Shown: positions 1-13,802, counted from the first letter of the stretch. The stretch is DNA of 64,000 nucleotides from Candidatus Krumholzibacteriia bacterium (GCA_041484665.1 JBGPIA010000005.1:179342-243341); one strand, 5' to 3'. The notes: generated from the letters alone by a model not told the origin. Numbers and translations: made by a program.

Positions 1-746
<746 letters not shown>

Positions 747-750
<4 letters not shown>

Positions 751-1439
751 GACGCGCCCCCCGCGCCCCCCGCTCCGCGCGGCCGCCGCGGGGGGGCCGC
801 CGGTCCGTCGGTGGGGCGTGGCCGCGCCGGTCCCGTGACCGCGGCCTGCGGCTCGCTCGTGCGGGGCGGCCGCAGCGTAACTGTTGCCAGCTCGTCTGCG
901 CTTGGGGGCGGCAGGTCGGCGGGGTCGGCCAGGCGCAGCAGCACGGTGCCGCCCTCCACTTTCTGGCCCGGCTTGACCAGCACCTCGCCCACAACCCCGG
1001 CACGGGGCGCGGCGAGCTCGTTCTGCATCTTCATCGCCTCGAGCACGATCAGGGGCTCGCCGGCCGCCACGCGCTGGCCCGGCTGCACCTTGATCGTCAC
1101 CACCAGCCCGGGCATCTCCGCACGCAGCTCCGAGCGCCCCTCGTGCGTGCGCCGCGCGCCGCCGGCGGCTGCGGCCAGCTCGTCGAGCACCTCGACGTGC
1201 TCGCGCTGACCGTTGAGGAACGCGGCGCGCAGCCGCGGGCCCAGGCGCGCGATGTCCACCAGGAACATGCGTCCCTCCTGGCGGATCGACACGCTGCGGC
1301 CGCCATCCAGGATGCGCAGGTCCTCGAAGCTGGACCCCCGCGCGGACTCCACGCGTACGCGGCCCGCAGCGTCGCGCACCACGGTTGCCCGGGCGTCCAG
1401 GCCGACGCGGCGGATGTGGTAGGTCTTGCGCAGCTCCAT
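747..1439 (-). CDS. biotin carboxyl carrier protein (biotin/lipoyl domain)
   Basis: AEMPGLVV...[10 protein letters not shown] biotinylation motif; in operon with biotin carboxylase; Pro/Ala-rich tail. Confidence 0.9.
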
Positions 1440-1490
1440 GATGATCTCGCCTGTCTTCGAAGGCTCACGGGCCCCAAACGGTCCGCACGC

Positions 1491-3194
1491 TCACTTCGGG
1501 CGCCGCTGCACCAGACTGCGGCCGGCCGTCCCCCAGCGCGAGAGGGGAGGGGGGACGCACCCCGCCGGGCCGCTGACGCCGCCCGGCGCGCCACTCTCGC
1601 GACTCTCGCCGCGCGCGTCCCCCGCGCCGCCGGTGTCGCTCGTCCCGCCCGCGCCGGTCTCGGCCAGAGCCAGCGCCGCCGCCAGCGCGTCGAGCTCGTC
1701 GGCGCGCAGCTCGCGGCGCAGCTCGTCGGGCTTGAAGCGCTCGCCCAGGAAGTGCGTGGAGTACCGCCCGGCCAGGAACTCCGGCTGCTGCAGTACCCAC
1801 TGGTGGAGCGGGACGTTGTGGGCGAACCCCAGCAGGCGGTACTCGGCGAGCGCCCGGCGCCCCCGGGCGATGGCCGCGGCGCGGCCCTCACCGTAGACGA
1901 TCAGCTTGGCCAGCAGCGGATCGTAGTAGATCGGGATCTCGTAGCCCTCGCGGATTCCCAGGTCGTTGCGCACGCCCGCGCCCTGCGGCGGCTGCAGGCG
2001 GATCACCCGCCCCAGGCTGGGCGCGAAATCGCGCCAGGGGTCTTCGGCATAGATGCGGAACTCGATGGCGTGCCCGCGCTGGCGCAGGTCCTCCTGCCGG
2101 AAGGGCAGCGGCTCGCCGGCGGCCACACGCACCATGGCGGCCACCAGGTCCACCCCCACGACCCACTCGGTGACCGGGTGCTCCACCTGCAGGCGCGTAT
2201 TCATTTCGAGGAAGTAGAAGTTGTCCTGCTCATCGACGATGAACTCGACCGTGCCCGCGCCGACGTAGCCCGCCGATTGGGCGGCCTTCACGGCGGCCGT
2301 GCACAGCTGCTGGCGCAGCGCCGGCCCAATCGACGGGCTCGGGCTCTCCTCGATCACCTTCTGGTGACGCCGCTGCACGCTGCACTCGCGCTCGAACAGG
2401 TGCACGCACTGTCCGTGGGTATCGGCCAGGATCTGCACCTCGATGTGGCGGGGGCGCTGCAGGGACTTCTCCATGAAGATCTCGCCGTCGCCGAATGCGC
2501 CCAGCGCTTCGCCCTGGGTGCGCTCCAGCGCGGTCGCCAGCAACTCCGGCCGCTGCACCACGCGCATCCCCTTACCGCCGCCGCCCGCGGCGGCCTTGAG
2601 CATCACCGGGTAGCCGATGCGCTGGGCAAAGGCCTGCGCCTGCGCCAGGTCGCGCAGCGGCTCGGTCAGCCCCGGCACGACCGGCACGCCTGCCTGCTCC
2701 ATGAGCCGGCGCGCGGCGATCTTGTTGCCCATTTTGCGCATGGGCTCCGGTGGCGGGCCGATGAACGTGAGCCCCGCGTCGGCCACCGCCTGGCTGAACT
2801 GCGGGTTCTCGCTGAGGAAGCCATAGCCAGGATGGATCGCGGTGGCGCCGCTGCGGCGCGCCGCCTCCAGCATGCGATCGATGCGCAGGTAGCTCTCTGC
2901 CGACGGCCCAGGTCCTACGGGCCAGGCCTCATCGGCTGTGATGGTGTGTAGCGCCTCGCGGTCGGGCTCGCTGTAGACGGCCACCGCGGTGATGCCCAGC
3001 TCGCGCAGCGCGTGCTGCACGCGCACGGAGATCTCACCGCGATTGGCAATCAGCACCTTCGAGAAGGGAGGGCGCTGCGGCGCCGGCGCCATCGACGCTG
3101 CGGCCGCCGTCCCCGGCGCCACCGAGCCTGCCGTTCGGGCGGCCGCCGCTCCCGGCGCGGGCGCGGCAGGGCGGCGGGTGCGCTGCGCGCTCAT
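1491..3194 (-). CDS. accC: acyl-CoA carboxylase, biotin carboxylase subunit
   Basis: [61 protein letters not shown]; start could be a downstream ATG. Confidence 0.93.
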   Translation of the reverse strand: MSAQRTRRPAAPAPGAAAARTAGSVAPGTAAAASMAPAPQRPPFSKVLIANRGEISVRVQHALRELGITAVAVYSEPDREALHTITADEAWPVGPGPSAESYLRIDRMLEAARRSGATAIHPGYGFLSENPQFSQAVADAGLTFIGPPPEPMRKMGNKIAARRLMEQAGVPVVPGLTEPLRDLAQAQAFAQRIGYPVMLKAAAGGGGKGMRVVQRPELLATALERTQGEALGAFGDGEIFMEKSLQRPRHIEVQILADTHGQCVHLFERECSVQRRHQKVIEESPSPSIGPALRQQLCTAAVKAAQSAGYVGAGTVEFIVDEQDNFYFLEMNTRLQVEHPVTEWVVGVDLVAAMVRVAAGEPLPFRQEDLRQRGHAIEFRIYAEDPWRDFAPSLGRVIRLQPPQGAGVRNDLGIREGYEIPIYYDPLLAKLIVYGEGRAAAIARGRRALAEYRLLGFAHNVPLHQWVLQQPEFLAGRYSTHFLGERFKPDELRRELRADELDALAAALALAETGAGGTSDTGGAGDARGESRESGAPGGVSGPAGCVPPPLSRWGTAGRSLVQRRPK

Positions 3195-4747
3195 AGCGGG
3201 ATGTTGCCGTGCTTCTTGCGGGGGAGCTCAGCGCGCTTGTTGCGCAGGCTGCGCAGGGCGGCGATCAAGCGCGCGCGCGTCTGCGCCGGCTCGATGATGT
3301 CGTCGAGATAGCCCAGGCTGGCCGCCACGTACGGGTTTACGAAGGTCGCCTGGTACTCGGCGATCTTCTGCTGGCGCACGGCCTCGGGGTCGGCGGCGGA
3401 TTCGATCTCACGCCGGTAGAGGATGTTCACGGCCCCATCGGGGCCCATCACCGCCAGCTCCGCCGTCGGCCAGGCGACGTTCCAGTCCCCGCGGATGTGC
3501 TTGGAGCTCATGACGTCGTACGCGCCGCCGTAGGCCTTGCGGGTAATCACCGTCAGCTTGGGTACGGTGGCCTCGCAGTAGGCGTAGAGCAGCTTGGCTC
3601 CGTGCTTGATCAGCCCGCCGAACTCCTGCTGCGTGCCGGGCAGGAAGCCTGGCACGTCCTCGAAGGTCACCAGCGGGACGTTGAAGCAGTCGCAGGTGCG
3701 CACGAAGCGCGCGCCCTTGAGGCTGGCATCGATGTCCAGCACGCCGGCCAGCTGCCGGGGTTGATTGCCGACGATGCCCACCGCCTGGCCGCCCAGGCGC
3801 GCGAATCCCACGACGATGTTGGGGGCGTACTCGGGATGGATCTCGAAGAACTCCCCGTCGTCGACCACCAGTCCAACGACATCCTTCATGTCGTACGGCT
3901 GCCGGGGATCGTCGGGGACGACACCGTTGAGGCGCGACTCCCGCCGGTCGACCGGATCGCGGCAGACCGTCACCGGTGGGTCTTCCAGGTTGTTCTGGGG
4001 CAGATAGCTCAGCAGCTTCTTCACCAGCAGCAGGCACTGCTGGTCATTGGCCGCGCGCAGGTGGGCCACGCCGCTCTTGCTGTTGTGCGTGCGCGCGCCG
4101 CCCAGCTCCTCGGCGGTCACCTCCTCGTTGGTGACCATCTTGATCACGTTGGGGCCCGTGACGAACATGTGGCTCGTGCCGTCCACCATGATCGTGAAAT
4201 CGGTGATCGCGGGGCTGTACACCGCGCCGCCGGCGCAGGGCCCCATGATGGCGCTGATCTGGGGCACCACGCCCGAGGCCATGGTATTGCGCCAGAAGAT
4301 CTCGGCGTAACCCGCCAGGCTCTGCACGCCCTCTTGGATGCGCGCGCCTCCGCTGTCGTTGAGGCCGACCAACGGGCAGCCATTCTCCAGCGCCTGGTCC
4401 ATCAGGCGGCAGACCTTCTCGGCGTTGGCCTCGCTCATGCTGCCGCCAAAGACGGTGAAGTCCTGGGCGAAGACGTAGACCTGCCGTCCGTCGATCTGCC
4501 CGACGCCGGTCACCATGCCGTCACCGGGCGGCTGGTTGGACGCCATCCCCAGATCGGTGCAGCGGTGCGTCACGAACACGCCCGTCTCCTGGAAGCTGTC
4601 CGGGTCCAGCAGCAGGTGGATGCGCTCGCGCGCCGTGAGGCGGCCCGAGGCGTGGATCTTATCGATCCGCTCCTGGCCGCCGCCGAGCATGGCCAACTCG
4701 CGGTGGCGGTTCAGCTCCGCGAGCCGCTCCTGGAACTTTTCACCCAT
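3191..4747 (-). CDS. pccB: acyl-CoA (propionyl-CoA) carboxylase, carboxyltransferase beta subunit
   Basis: [48 protein letters not shown]-terminal KKHGNIPL; start set at MGEKFQ (ATG 4747). Confidence 0.92.
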   Translation of the reverse strand: MGEKFQERLAELNRHRELAMLGGGQERIDKIHASGRLTARERIHLLLDPDSFQETGVFVTHRCTDLGMASNQPPGDGMVTGVGQIDGRQVYVFAQDFTVFGGSMSEANAEKVCRLMDQALENGCPLVGLNDSGGARIQEGVQSLAGYAEIFWRNTMASGVVPQISAIMGPCAGGAVYSPAITDFTIMVDGTSHMFVTGPNVIKMVTNEEVTAEELGGARTHNSKSGVAHLRAANDQQCLLLVKKLLSYLPQNNLEDPPVTVCRDPVDRRESRLNGVVPDDPRQPYDMKDVVGLVVDDGEFFEIHPEYAPNIVVGFARLGGQAVGIVGNQPRQLAGVLDIDASLKGARFVRTCDCFNVPLVTFEDVPGFLPGTQQEFGGLIKHGAKLLYAYCEATVPKLTVITRKAYGGAYDVMSSKHIRGDWNVAWPTAELAVMGPDGAVNILYRREIESAADPEAVRQQKIAEYQATFVNPYVAASLGYLDDIIEPAQTRARLIAALRSLRNKRAELPRKKHGNIPL

Positions 4748-5036
4748 CGTGTGGTCCGGTTCCCCGGTTTCTGGTTGGTCCACGGCGCAGGTCCACGAGA
4801 GGCCGCCCATGGGTCCGAGGTGGTGGACGGCCGCGTCGAGTCCGCGCCAGCGCGGGCCGCGGGTCACGCGGACGTGCGGGCGGGACAGGGCTCTCCCGCT
4901 TGGCCCGCGGCCGTCACGCGCGGCCCTCGGCGGCTCGAACGCCAAGAATACCAAGGGGAATCGGTGCCGCCCACCGGCAAGTGAGCCCGTCCCAGCTTGC
5001 GAGGCGGATGCCCGCCCCGGGGGACGCGGTGGGGTT

Positions 5037-7826
5037 CTACTCGACCTGCAGCACCGAGTTGCGCCCGCCGAACCCGTCGGAGACCGCCGCGGGGTTCTCC
5101 GGGTCGGCGATCCAGTGGTCGCCGTCGATGGCGAGCTTGTACTCGAAGCGACCCGGGCCCAGGCGTACCTCGGCGCGCCAGCGCCCGTTCCCCAGGGCGG
5201 CCATGGGCGTCGCTGCGGGAGACCAGCCGTTGAAACTCCCCACCACCGCCACCGTCCGGGCAGCCGGGTTGACGTAGGTGATGGGCACCAGGCGCACCTC
5301 CGTGCGTGCCCGGTTCTCCGGGGTCGCGGGCCGCGCGGGCTGCCCGCTGATGTAGGCGTAGCCGTCCATGAGGTGCTCGAGTTCGTTGCTCACCGAGTGC
5401 AGCGGCCCCTGGTCGACGTCAGCGAACTGCAGGCGGAAGCGGGCGCGGCGGCCGGCGCCACCGGCGACCTTCACCAGCACGTAGTTGGTTCCGATCGCGA
5501 AGCCAGCGTCGGCTTGGGTCTGCCGGCGAAAGCCCTCCAGCCGCGCCACCTCCTCACCGGCGATCCGCACCAACGCGGGGGAGTCGCACTCCAGCCGGAC
5601 GGTGGCTTCGCGCGTGGAGGTGGTCAGCGCCGTGAGGGCGTACCACACGCCAGCCGGCCCGGACGCGTCGGCCAGGGTGATCCAGCCGTCCTCCTCCAAA
5701 CGTGTCGATGGCAGGTGCTGCCAGTGCGCCGGCCCCGCTGGCGCCGGGTAGCCCTCCCCCAGATCGATCGCTCCGTCGGGGCCCTGGCGCGCGTTGATGG
5801 CCGCGGCCATACCGGTCCAATCATTGGGCCCGGCCGCTGGGCTCTCGAAGGGACCGATCCACAGCCACCGGAAGTGGACCGGCACCTGCGTTTCCAGAGT
5901 CGAGATCAGGCGCGTCGCGTCGTGGAAGCGCCACTGCACCGCGACCAGCCCCGGCGCGAGCAACGGCGGCGGCGCGAGCTGCAACGTCCAGGTCCGCTGC
6001 TCGCCCGGGCCGAGCGTGAAGTCGGCTTCGCTGGCGGGACTCACCACCCACTCGGTCGGCGCCATCAGCTCGAAGCGGCCAGCCTGCTCGTTCTCGACCT
6101 GGTTGGCGATCTCGACCTCGCAGACGGTCCGCGGCGGGCTGGCCTCCTCGGCCACGATCCGGACGCTCGCGCGCAGCGCCTCGACGACGGAGGTGCCGGG
6201 CGCGTAGGCCGGGCGCCCGTGGGGGCCGCGCAGGACCAGCCACCAGAATCCGGTCCGGTCGGGCAGCGGCGGGAGCTGCCCGCGCAGCTCCAGGGTGTCT
6301 TGCAGCACGACCGCCACGGGCGAGGCCGCCATGAGCGTCGTGCCGTTGGTCCAGGTCGCCGACCAGCTCCCTTGCGCCGCGTTGACAGCGTCGGCGCCGG
6401 AACGGTACCGCACGTGGAGCAGCGGGCTGGCACCTCGCGCCGTCACGTGCGGGAGTACTTCCGCCGCGTAGGCCGCGTCCACCGTCGGGCGCAGCAGCAG
6501 CTGGATCGCGTCCTCCGCCAGGCGGTCCAGCGCGTCGCCCATCCACTGCGCGAGATCCTCGTCGCGCCAGCCGAAGGCCGCGGCCTTCGCATCGCCGTTG
6601 GGCGAGCGGGTGGTCATGCGCCCCGCCGCGAAGCGGTTGCGGCGCTCGACCGGATTGAACGACCGCCACTGCTCCGCGCGGGCGACCAGCACGTGGGCCA
6701 GCGAGTCCGCGCCCGTCCCCGCGCCTGGATCAGGCCGCTGCATCAGTGCCAGCGTCTCGTCGCGCTCCAGCGGCTGCAGCACGAGCGCGCGCGACAACAG
6801 CTCCACGATGGACCGGGTGCGCAGCAGCGGCTGCCACCGCCCCGGCCGCGCCGGAGCCGTCACCGCCGTTACGGTGGCGCCCGCGCTCGTCGTCGCGCCC
6901 CCGCCCAAGCCCTTGCTCGAGACGCCCCCCGTCGCGGCCCAAAGCCGCAGCGGGACCCGATCCCGATTGGGCAGGCCGTGGGCGCGCAGGGCTTGATCGG
7001 TCAGCTCGACGAGCTCTGGATCGTAGAGGGCGGCGATCGCCGTGCGCAGCAAGGCGGCCGTCTGCTCCGCGGTGAACAGACTGAGCTCGGGATGCCGCGG
7101 CCAGTCGGCCTTGGGGTCCAGCCGCCGGATCGCGCGGCCGGTGCGCTGGGCCTGCGAAACGCTGACATCGTTGCCGACCAGCAGCGACTCGGCGGTCGCG
7201 GTCGCCCGCGCGTGCACCGTGGGCGCCTCGAGCGCCAGCGGCAGGAGGCAACCCAGCGACAGCGGCTCGTCGATCAACCGGCCCGCGGTGTCCAGCGCGG
7301 CGTACCCGCCAGTCTGCGGATCGTACAGCTGCGCCATCATGTGGCGGTGGACGAGCGCGCGCTCCCGCCACCAGACCAGCGCGTCGAAGAAGTACTCCCG
7401 CCGCGCGGCCATCTCGGCTAAGGCCTCCGCGTAGACCAGCTGCAATCCCGGCAGGACCGCTGCGGTCCGGCACCCTTTCAGACCTGCAGCGCGCAGCACG
7501 CGTGCGTCCTCGCGCCACAGCCCGCCGTTCTGGGGGTCGAGGTGGCGGCCCAGCCAGAAATGCCACCGCGCCAGAGCGCGGTAGGTGTTCTCATCGGGGG
7601 GCAAGCCGGCCCGCTCGGCCTCGGTCACCGCCGCCGCGAGCAGCGGCAGCTGGGCCGTGTTGAAGCTGCGGGCCATGGTGTCCAGGTCGCCGGCAGCACC
7701 CTGCGCGCTGGTGACGAAGAATGGCCGCAGGGCAGAGAGATCCTGCGCCGGCGCCGCCACGGCCGCACCGCTGAAGAGGGCCAGCGCCAGGGGAATAGCT
7801 GGGAACAGACGGATCGCGCGCGCCAT
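5037..7826 (-). CDS. large secreted protein with C-terminal glycogen-binding (CBM48/AMPK-beta-like) domain
   Basis: Signal peptide ([14 protein letters not shown]); C-terminus [40 protein letters not shown] is typical of CBM48-like domains. Confidence 0.7.
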   Translation of the reverse strand: MARAIRLFPAIPLALALFSGAAVAAPAQDLSALRPFFVTSAQGAAGDLDTMARSFNTAQLPLLAAAVTEAERAGLPPDENTYRALARWHFWLGRHLDPQNGGLWREDARVLRAAGLKGCRTAAVLPGLQLVYAEALAEMAARREYFFDALVWWRERALVHRHMMAQLYDPQTGGYAALDTAGRLIDEPLSLGCLLPLALEAPTVHARATATAESLLVGNDVSVSQAQRTGRAIRRLDPKADWPRHPELSLFTAEQTAALLRTAIAALYDPELVELTDQALRAHGLPNRDRVPLRLWAATGGVSSKGLGGGATTSAGATVTAVTAPARPGRWQPLLRTRSIVELLSRALVLQPLERDETLALMQRPDPGAGTGADSLAHVLVARAEQWRSFNPVERRNRFAAGRMTTRSPNGDAKAAAFGWRDEDLAQWMGDALDRLAEDAIQLLLRPTVDAAYAAEVLPHVTARGASPLLHVRYRSGADAVNAAQGSWSATWTNGTTLMAASPVAVVLQDTLELRGQLPPLPDRTGFWWLVLRGPHGRPAYAPGTSVVEALRASVRIVAEEASPPRTVCEVEIANQVENEQAGRFELMAPTEWVVSPASEADFTLGPGEQRTWTLQLAPPPLLAPGLVAVQWRFHDATRLISTLETQVPVHFRWLWIGPFESPAAGPNDWTGMAAAINARQGPDGAIDLGEGYPAPAGPAHWQHLPSTRLEEDGWITLADASGPAGVWYALTALTTSTREATVRLECDSPALVRIAGEEVARLEGFRRQTQADAGFAIGTNYVLVKVAGGAGRRARFRLQFADVDQGPLHSVSNELEHLMDGYAYISGQPARPATPENRARTEVRLVPITYVNPAARTVAVVGSFNGWSPAATPMAALGNGRWRAEVRLGPGRFEYKLAIDGDHWIADPENPAAVSDGFGGRNSVLQVE

Positions 7827-7927
7827 TATCGGCCCCAAGTGGCTGCAAGCGGCAGGCCAGAGGCCCTTGTCTCCACGTAGGTTTGCTGCTTGGATGGGAC
7901 GTCACCCCCCATCCCCCCGGAGCCACC

Positions 7928-9109
7928 GTGAGTGCATCGCTTCCGCCTCTGGCCCAGGTTGCCGCTGCCGCGCGTACGCCGATCGGACGCTACCTGGGCA
8001 CCCTGTCCGATCGCACCGCCGTGGAGCTGGGTGTTCATGCGGTGACGGCCGCCCTGGAGCGCGCCCAGGTGGAGCCGCGGTCGGTGGACCTGCTCGTGTT
8101 CGGGCTGGCCCGCGGGGCCGGCACCGGACCCAACCCGGCGCGGCAGGTGAGCGTGCGTGCTGGACTTGCGCACACGACGCCGGCCTACACCGTGAACATG
8201 GCCTGCGCCAGCAGCAGCCAGGCGATTCTGGAAGGCGTCGCGGCGCTGGCGCTGGGCAGGGCGCGTCGCGTGGTGGTGGGGGGGATGGAGAGCATGAGCA
8301 ACGTCCCGTACCTGCTTCCCAAAGCGCGCACGGGGTATCGCATGGGCCACGCGCCACTGGTGGACGCCATGTACCAGGACGGTTTCCACTGCCCGCTCGC
8401 CGATCAGCTCATGGGCGCCACCGCCGAGACGCTGGCCCGCGAATACGGGATCAGCCGGCGCGAGCAGGACGCCTACGCGCTGGAGAGCCAGCGGCGCGCC
8501 GGGGTGGCGTGGAGCGCGGGGGAGTTCAACGATGAGATCGCGCCGGTGCCGGCCGACGGCCCGCGGGCGGGTCTGGACCGCGACGAGCATCCGCGGCCCG
8601 ACACCACCCTCGAGGCGCTGGCCAAGCTGCCGGCCGTGTTCGCCCAGGACGGCACGGTGACGGCCGGCTCGAGCAGCGGCCTCACCGATGGGGCGGTGGC
8701 GCTGGTCCTGGAGCCGCCCGGCGCGCGCCGCGACGCTCTGGCGGAAATCGTCGATTACGAGGTGGCCGGCGTGGATCCAGCGCGCATGGGGATCGGTCCG
8801 GTGCCCGCCACGCGGCGGCTGCTGGCGCGCACCGGCCTGCACCTGTCCGACATCGGCCTGGTGGAGCTCAACGAGGCGTTCGCAGCGCAGGTGCTTGCCT
8901 GCGCGCGTGACCTCCAGCTCGATCTGACCCGCACCAACGTCCGGGGAGGCGCGATCGCGCTGGGCCATCCCATCGGCGCCACCGGCGCGCGCATCACCAC
9001 GACCCTCATCCACGCCATGCGTGACCGTGGGGCCCGCCTGGGGCTCTCCACCCTCTGCGTGAGCGGTGGCATGGGCGTCTCCATCCTGCTGAGGCAGCCC
9101 GTCAGCTGA
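7928..9109 (+). CDS. thiolase (acetyl-CoA C-acyltransferase)
   Basis: [51 protein letters not shown]. Confidence 0.93.
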   Translation: MSASLPPLAQVAAAARTPIGRYLGTLSDRTAVELGVHAVTAALERAQVEPRSVDLLVFGLARGAGTGPNPARQVSVRAGLAHTTPAYTVNMACASSSQAILEGVAALALGRARRVVVGGMESMSNVPYLLPKARTGYRMGHAPLVDAMYQDGFHCPLADQLMGATAETLAREYGISRREQDAYALESQRRAGVAWSAGEFNDEIAPVPADGPRAGLDRDEHPRPDTTLEALAKLPAVFAQDGTVTAGSSSGLTDGAVALVLEPPGARRDALAEIVDYEVAGVDPARMGIGPVPATRRLLARTGLHLSDIGLVELNEAFAAQVLACARDLQLDLTRTNVRGGAIALGHPIGATGARITTTLIHAMRDRGARLGLSTLCVSGGMGVSILLRQPVS

Positions 9110-9407
9110 GGGCTGGTGCCTGCGGACTCCTCCGCAGGCCGCTGCGCGGGTTCACGCTCCCAAGCGCTTCCCGTCGCGGGGCCACGGCGCGCCGCGCCCC
9201 TGCGATCCTCACGCACCCATGCCGCTCGGCGCGGTCACGACGTGGCAGACCGCCTGGAGCAAGCGCCGTGCAGCCGCCACCGTGCAGCGCGAGCGGCGTC
9301 TGGTGGGCGAGCGCCCGGCGGCGCATGCGCCTCTCCCTCGCGGGGCCGCCGCTGCGATAGACTCCATGTCACGCGAATCGAGCTCGACACCTCCAGGAGA
9401 CGCATCG

Positions 9408-10481
9408 ATGTTCGCACCCCGATCGTTGGCCGCGGACGCGCGGCCGGGTCGCACGCCGCTGCTGCCTGCCCCGGCCCTGCCGCTGGCCTGCGCCCTGCTG
9501 CTTGCGCCGGCCTTGCTGCTCGCGCCCGCGCTGAGGCCGGCTCCGGCGCTCGCCTCCAAGCCCGTCGATGCCAAGGTCCTCGCGGCCAAGGCGGTCGTGC
9601 AGGACGGCGGCTATGCGCCGCGGCCAGGCGCGTTCGCCACGGTCTTGACCGAGAGCGAGCCCAACGACACTCCGGCCACCGCCAACCCCGTTGCCGTCGG
9701 GGAGTCGATCGAGGCGGCGCTCACCAGTGGCGACGTGGACTGGTTCCGCGTGACGGCAACTGCCGGTGAGTACTTCACCCTCTCCACCTCCGCGCGCGAC
9801 GGGAGCTTCACCGACACGGTGATGCGCGCCGTGGGGTCCGATGGCGCTACCCAGCTCGCGACGGACGACGATGCGGGCGCCGGTCTGTTCTCCGCGCTGG
9901 AGCATTTCCTCTGCCCGGCCGGGGGAGTCATCTACGTCGAGGTCCGGCACTTCAGTCAAAGCGGGCAGGGCGCGTATCTCTTCGGCGTCGAACCCGGCAG
10001 GCCGCCTCTGCCGGCTCCCGCCAACGATGCCCGCGGTGGCGCCGTCGTCGTCCAGTGCACTAGCGTGACCTCCGGCACCACTCGCGGGGCGGCCAGCGAC
10101 GTGAGCAACGACGACGTCGCATGCGTTCCCTACGCGCCCAACGGGGGCGACGTGTTCTATCGCGTGGCAGTTCCTTACAGCTACCAACTCACGGTCCAGG
10201 CCTCCACGGCGACCAGCACCGACCCCTCGCTTTACCTGCTCGTGGACTGGGGGGCGGGGGCCCTCACCTGCATCGCCGGCTCCGACGCCGGGTTCGTCGA
10301 CGAGGACGAGTTGGTCAGCTTCGTCAACGACCACCCGGGTGATCCCCCGATGGTCACGATCGTCGTGGACAGCTGGAGCGCGCGGAGCGAGGGCGAGTTC
10401 ACGTTGGCGGTCTCGTGCGAGTTCCTGGTCCCCATCCAGCAGTCCACGTGGGGCGCGCTGAAGGCCGTATACGGGGAGTGA
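9408..10481 (+). CDS. secreted PPC-like (pre-peptidase C-terminal) domain protein with STWGALKAVY tail
   Basis: RBS aggaga before ATG 9408; hydrophobic signal region; ESEPNDT..GDVDWF..DDDAGAGLFS; paralog of the next gene. Confidence 0.75.
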   Translation: MFAPRSLAADARPGRTPLLPAPALPLACALLLAPALLLAPALRPAPALASKPVDAKVLAAKAVVQDGGYAPRPGAFATVLTESEPNDTPATANPVAVGESIEAALTSGDVDWFRVTATAGEYFTLSTSARDGSFTDTVMRAVGSDGATQLATDDDAGAGLFSALEHFLCPAGGVIYVEVRHFSQSGQGAYLFGVEPGRPPLPAPANDARGGAVVVQCTSVTSGTTRGAASDVSNDDVACVPYAPNGGDVFYRVAVPYSYQLTVQASTATSTDPSLYLLVDWGAGALTCIAGSDAGFVDEDELVSFVNDHPGDPPMVTIVVDSWSARSEGEFTLAVSCEFLVPIQQSTWGALKAVYGE

Positions 10482-10673
10482 GCCTGCGCCGGGAACCCCG
10501 CCGGCGCTCCGTTTGGGTCTGCAGCTGTTGCTTGCGCGGTTGCCCCCGCGGTTGCCCGCACCCGCGGCTGGGCTCCCCCTGATTCTGATTATGTGATGGG
10601 CCGCCGGAGCATCCGGCGGCCTTCATAACCCTGCCCGGACGGGCGTTTTTTCCCTCGCATCGGCACTTGGCAG

Positions 10674-10703
10674 TTGTTCCGCGAGCGGGCCGCCCTCTAT
10701 ACT
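10674..10703 (+). promoter_or_regulatory. candidate sigma70 promoter for the 10905 gene
   Basis: TTGTTC-N18-TATACT. Confidence 0.35.
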
Positions 10704-10904
10704 GGCCATGCCTTCTCGTGGGACCCCGGTCCAGTCCGCGTACCTGAAGTCAGGTCGTTCTCGCCGAGGAGGTGGACATCCGAGCCAACGGCTGGAAGAG
10801 GCTGCGACACCGCGCGCCCGCACCGGATCCACCCGCTGGATCCCCTCCGGCTTGTCAGCTCGCCGTGGGCCCCTGATCTGATTTCCCACCGACCGGAGGT
10901 GTTC

Positions 10905-11915
10905 ATGCGTGCATCTTGGTCACGGTTGATCCTCGCAGCGCTGTGTCTGGCTCTATTTGCGACGGCCGCGTTTGCCGAGGACGAATTGCAGTTCAAGGCC
11001 CGTATCGACAAGCTGGCGGAAGCCGCTCGGTTCACGCCGGATTTCAGCATTCCGCTGGCCGTCATCAACGAGACCGAGCCCAACAACTCGTGCGCCGCGC
11101 CCGATCCGGCGGCCATGCTCGCCGGCCAGATCAACGCGACGCTCTCACCGGCAGGCGACGAGGACTGGTTCTACTTCAACGGCGCGGCCGGCCAGTGCCT
11201 GACGCTGGCCACCGCCTCGGTGGCCGGCAGCACGACCGACACGCAACTCTACCTGTACGACGCAGCTAGCTGTGGCAGCCCGGCTGCCTATCTGGTCTGG
11301 GACGACGACGCAGGCCCCGGCCTGTTCTCGTTGATCAGTGCCTTCCCGCTGCCCGCGGCGGGCACGTACTACGTCCGGGTCAAGCACTACAGCGCCTCGG
11401 GGACGGGAGCCTATCTCCTCACGACAACGCTGGCTGCTTGCCCCTCGGCTCCGCCCAACGACCTGTGCGCCCATGCGATCCCGGTGCACTGCAACTCGCT
11501 GGTGCAGGGCACGACGGAGAACGCGACCAACAACATCACCGAGAATGTGTCCAACCCGTGCGTCATCGGTTCCTCGGCCGCCGGACCGGACGTGTTCTAC
11601 TCGATCTGCGTGCCCAACGGCGTCCAGCTCCAGACGGTGACGACTCCGTTGTCGATCTGGGATCCGGCGATCTGGTTCGTTACCAACTGCAATGATGCGA
11701 CGACCTGCGTCGCCGGGACCGATGTGGGATTCTCGGGCGATCCCGAGACTCTCGACTGGACCAACGACACCGGCGCCGAGGTCTGCCTGTACATCGTGCT
11801 GGACAGCTGGACGGCCAGCCAGGTCGGTGCCTTTACCATCGAGATCGGCTGCCAGCAGGTCGTCCCGGACGTCAAGTCGAGCTGGGGCACCATCAAGGCG
11901 CACTACAAGAACTAG
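10905..11915 (+). CDS. secreted PPC-like domain protein with SSWGTIKAHY tail
   Basis: RBS ggaggt; signal peptide MRASWSRLILAALCLALFATAAFA; ETEPNNS..GDEDWFYF..DDDAGPGLFS..PPNDLC. Confidence 0.8.
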   Translation: MRASWSRLILAALCLALFATAAFAEDELQFKARIDKLAEAARFTPDFSIPLAVINETEPNNSCAAPDPAAMLAGQINATLSPAGDEDWFYFNGAAGQCLTLATASVAGSTTDTQLYLYDAASCGSPAAYLVWDDDAGPGLFSLISAFPLPAAGTYYVRVKHYSASGTGAYLLTTTLAACPSAPPNDLCAHAIPVHCNSLVQGTTENATNNITENVSNPCVIGSSAAGPDVFYSICVPNGVQLQTVTTPLSIWDPAIWFVTNCNDATTCVAGTDVGFSGDPETLDWTNDTGAEVCLYIVLDSWTASQVGAFTIEIGCQQVVPDVKSSWGTIKAHYKN

Positions 11916-12109
11916 CGCCGACCGCAAGCGTGCCGAGCGGGCGACTGGCTCCCCCGCCGGCCGCCCGGCGCGGCGCGGGAGTGCCTGCGGCGTCACGCCG
12001 GCTTCGAGCATGTGGATGTCGAGCGGGCCGGGTCCTCCCGGCCCGCTCGCGTTGGATGCCTGCCGCAACTCCAGCGCGGGCCCGTTGAGCCGCCTCCCTT
12101 CCATCCCGT

Positions 12110-13691
12110 ATGCTCGTGGCCAAGACTCGAGCGGGCGCGCCACCTGGCCTCGAACCAGCGGTCCTTGGTGGCTTGCGAAGCGTGCGCCCGTCCTGGCAGT
12201 TGTCCGCCCGCCGGGCGGATGCTCGCCCTGCACCATCGAAAGGCAGCTGGCTCGCCATATTCCCCAGCACGCGCTGCTCGTCACCGTTGCTTCGCGGCGC
12301 TCGATCCCGCTGCACCAGCCTCTGCGGCCGTCGCGTCCTGTCCCTTGGCCACGGTTGGCTCCGCCGTATCACGGGTTCCGTCCCTTCCACCCCGTCGCGC
12401 CGGTGGGCCCTGCGGGCCGTGCTCGGCCTGCTGCTGATCGCGCTGCCGGCGCTGGGTGCGGGCGGGCCGGCGCGCGCGGGGTTGCTCGCGGCCGCGGGTT
12501 TGCCGGAGCTCGCCGGGCCGTAGGACCAGCGGGCGCCCGTGGGCAGCATCGGGGTGTACTTCGACCCTGCCTACAGGCAGCAGAGCAGCGCCGTCGCGGT
12601 GCCATTCGCCCCGTTCAACTTCTATGTCGTCGCCAAGGGGCTGCAGCAGCCGGGAGTGCTGGACGGCATCGGCGCCTACGAGTGCGCGGTCCAACCGCCC
12701 GCGGGGTCGTTGGTCGCCACACACACGCTGCCGGGGAGTTACATCGATCTCGGCGCCGGTGATGACAACTGGATCGTCGGCACGGGCGGCTGCCGCTCGT
12801 TCGTCGACAACGGTGGCGACACCTACCTGCTCGTCACCTACAGCTGCCTGTTCTTGGCAGCGCCCGGCCAGAACCTGCCGGTCAGAGTGACGCCGGCTGC
12901 GCCGACCAGCTTCACGCCCGCCGGGCCGGGATTCCTCGTTGTCAACAGCGGTGACGCGGTCTGGATCCTGCGCCGTACCGTGGGCCTGCCCTAGGGTGCG
13001 GCTCCGAGCGCGGACGCCGCGAACCCCCCGTGCGCGTCTGGTCCAACGCGGGGAGCAGCTGGCACTGGTCATCGACAGGGCGGGTGCGCTCTACGGCCTC
13101 GATCTCGAGCTGCGCTACGATCCGGTGCGTCTTGCGCTGCCGGAGCTGGGCGAGCCGGGCGCCGGCCTGCGCGTGGAAGCCCAGCGAGCCGACGGGACCC
13201 GTGCCGTGGGCTGGGCAGCGGCACAGCCGCTGGGGGGAGCGTCCGGCGTGATGACCGTCGTGCTGCCCGCCGTGGTGCGCGGCGCGCATGACGCGCGGCT
13301 GGAGGTGGCGTCGCTCTGGGGCTACGACGCGCAGGGCACCAGGGTGCCGATCGCGTGGGATGGGAAGCCCTGGGGTTGGCTAGCCCCTGCGGCAGCCCCC
13401 CTGCCCACGCCGCGCACGGAGCGGCTGCTCTCCAGCGCGCCGAACCCCTTCAATCCGAGCACGACGCTGCGCTTCGAGCTGTCCAGCCCGGCGCGGGCCG
13501 TGCTGGAGATCTACGACGCCAGCGGCGCGCGCGTGGCAACGCTCTTGGTCGAGGCGCGCCCGGCGGGCGTGGGGGAGGTCATGTGGAACGGAACGGACGC
13601 GAGCGGCCGCAGCGTGGCCAGCGGCGTCTATTTTGCGCGCCTGCGGGCCGCGGCCCAGAACCACGTCTTGCGCATGGTGCTGGTCAAGTAG
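12110..13691 (+). pseudogene. interrupted secreted protein ending in an FlgD-Ig/T9SS-like C-terminal domain (start uncertain)
   Basis: Signal-like segment, in-frame TAG at 12521-12523, same-frame SIGVYFD.. domain ending in dockerin-like VNSGDAVWILRRTVGL, then a frame change near 12990 into cohesin-like and PNPFNPSTT..SGVYFARL domains. Confidence 0.55.
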
Positions 13692-13802
13692 CGCATCGGG
13701 GGCGGCGCGGCGTCGCCGCGCCGGCCTAGAGCACGCTTGCCAGGTAGCAGGGGGCGGTCAAGCCGACCGCCCTCTTGCCGTTTCGGCCAAGGCGCGGCCG
13801 CC

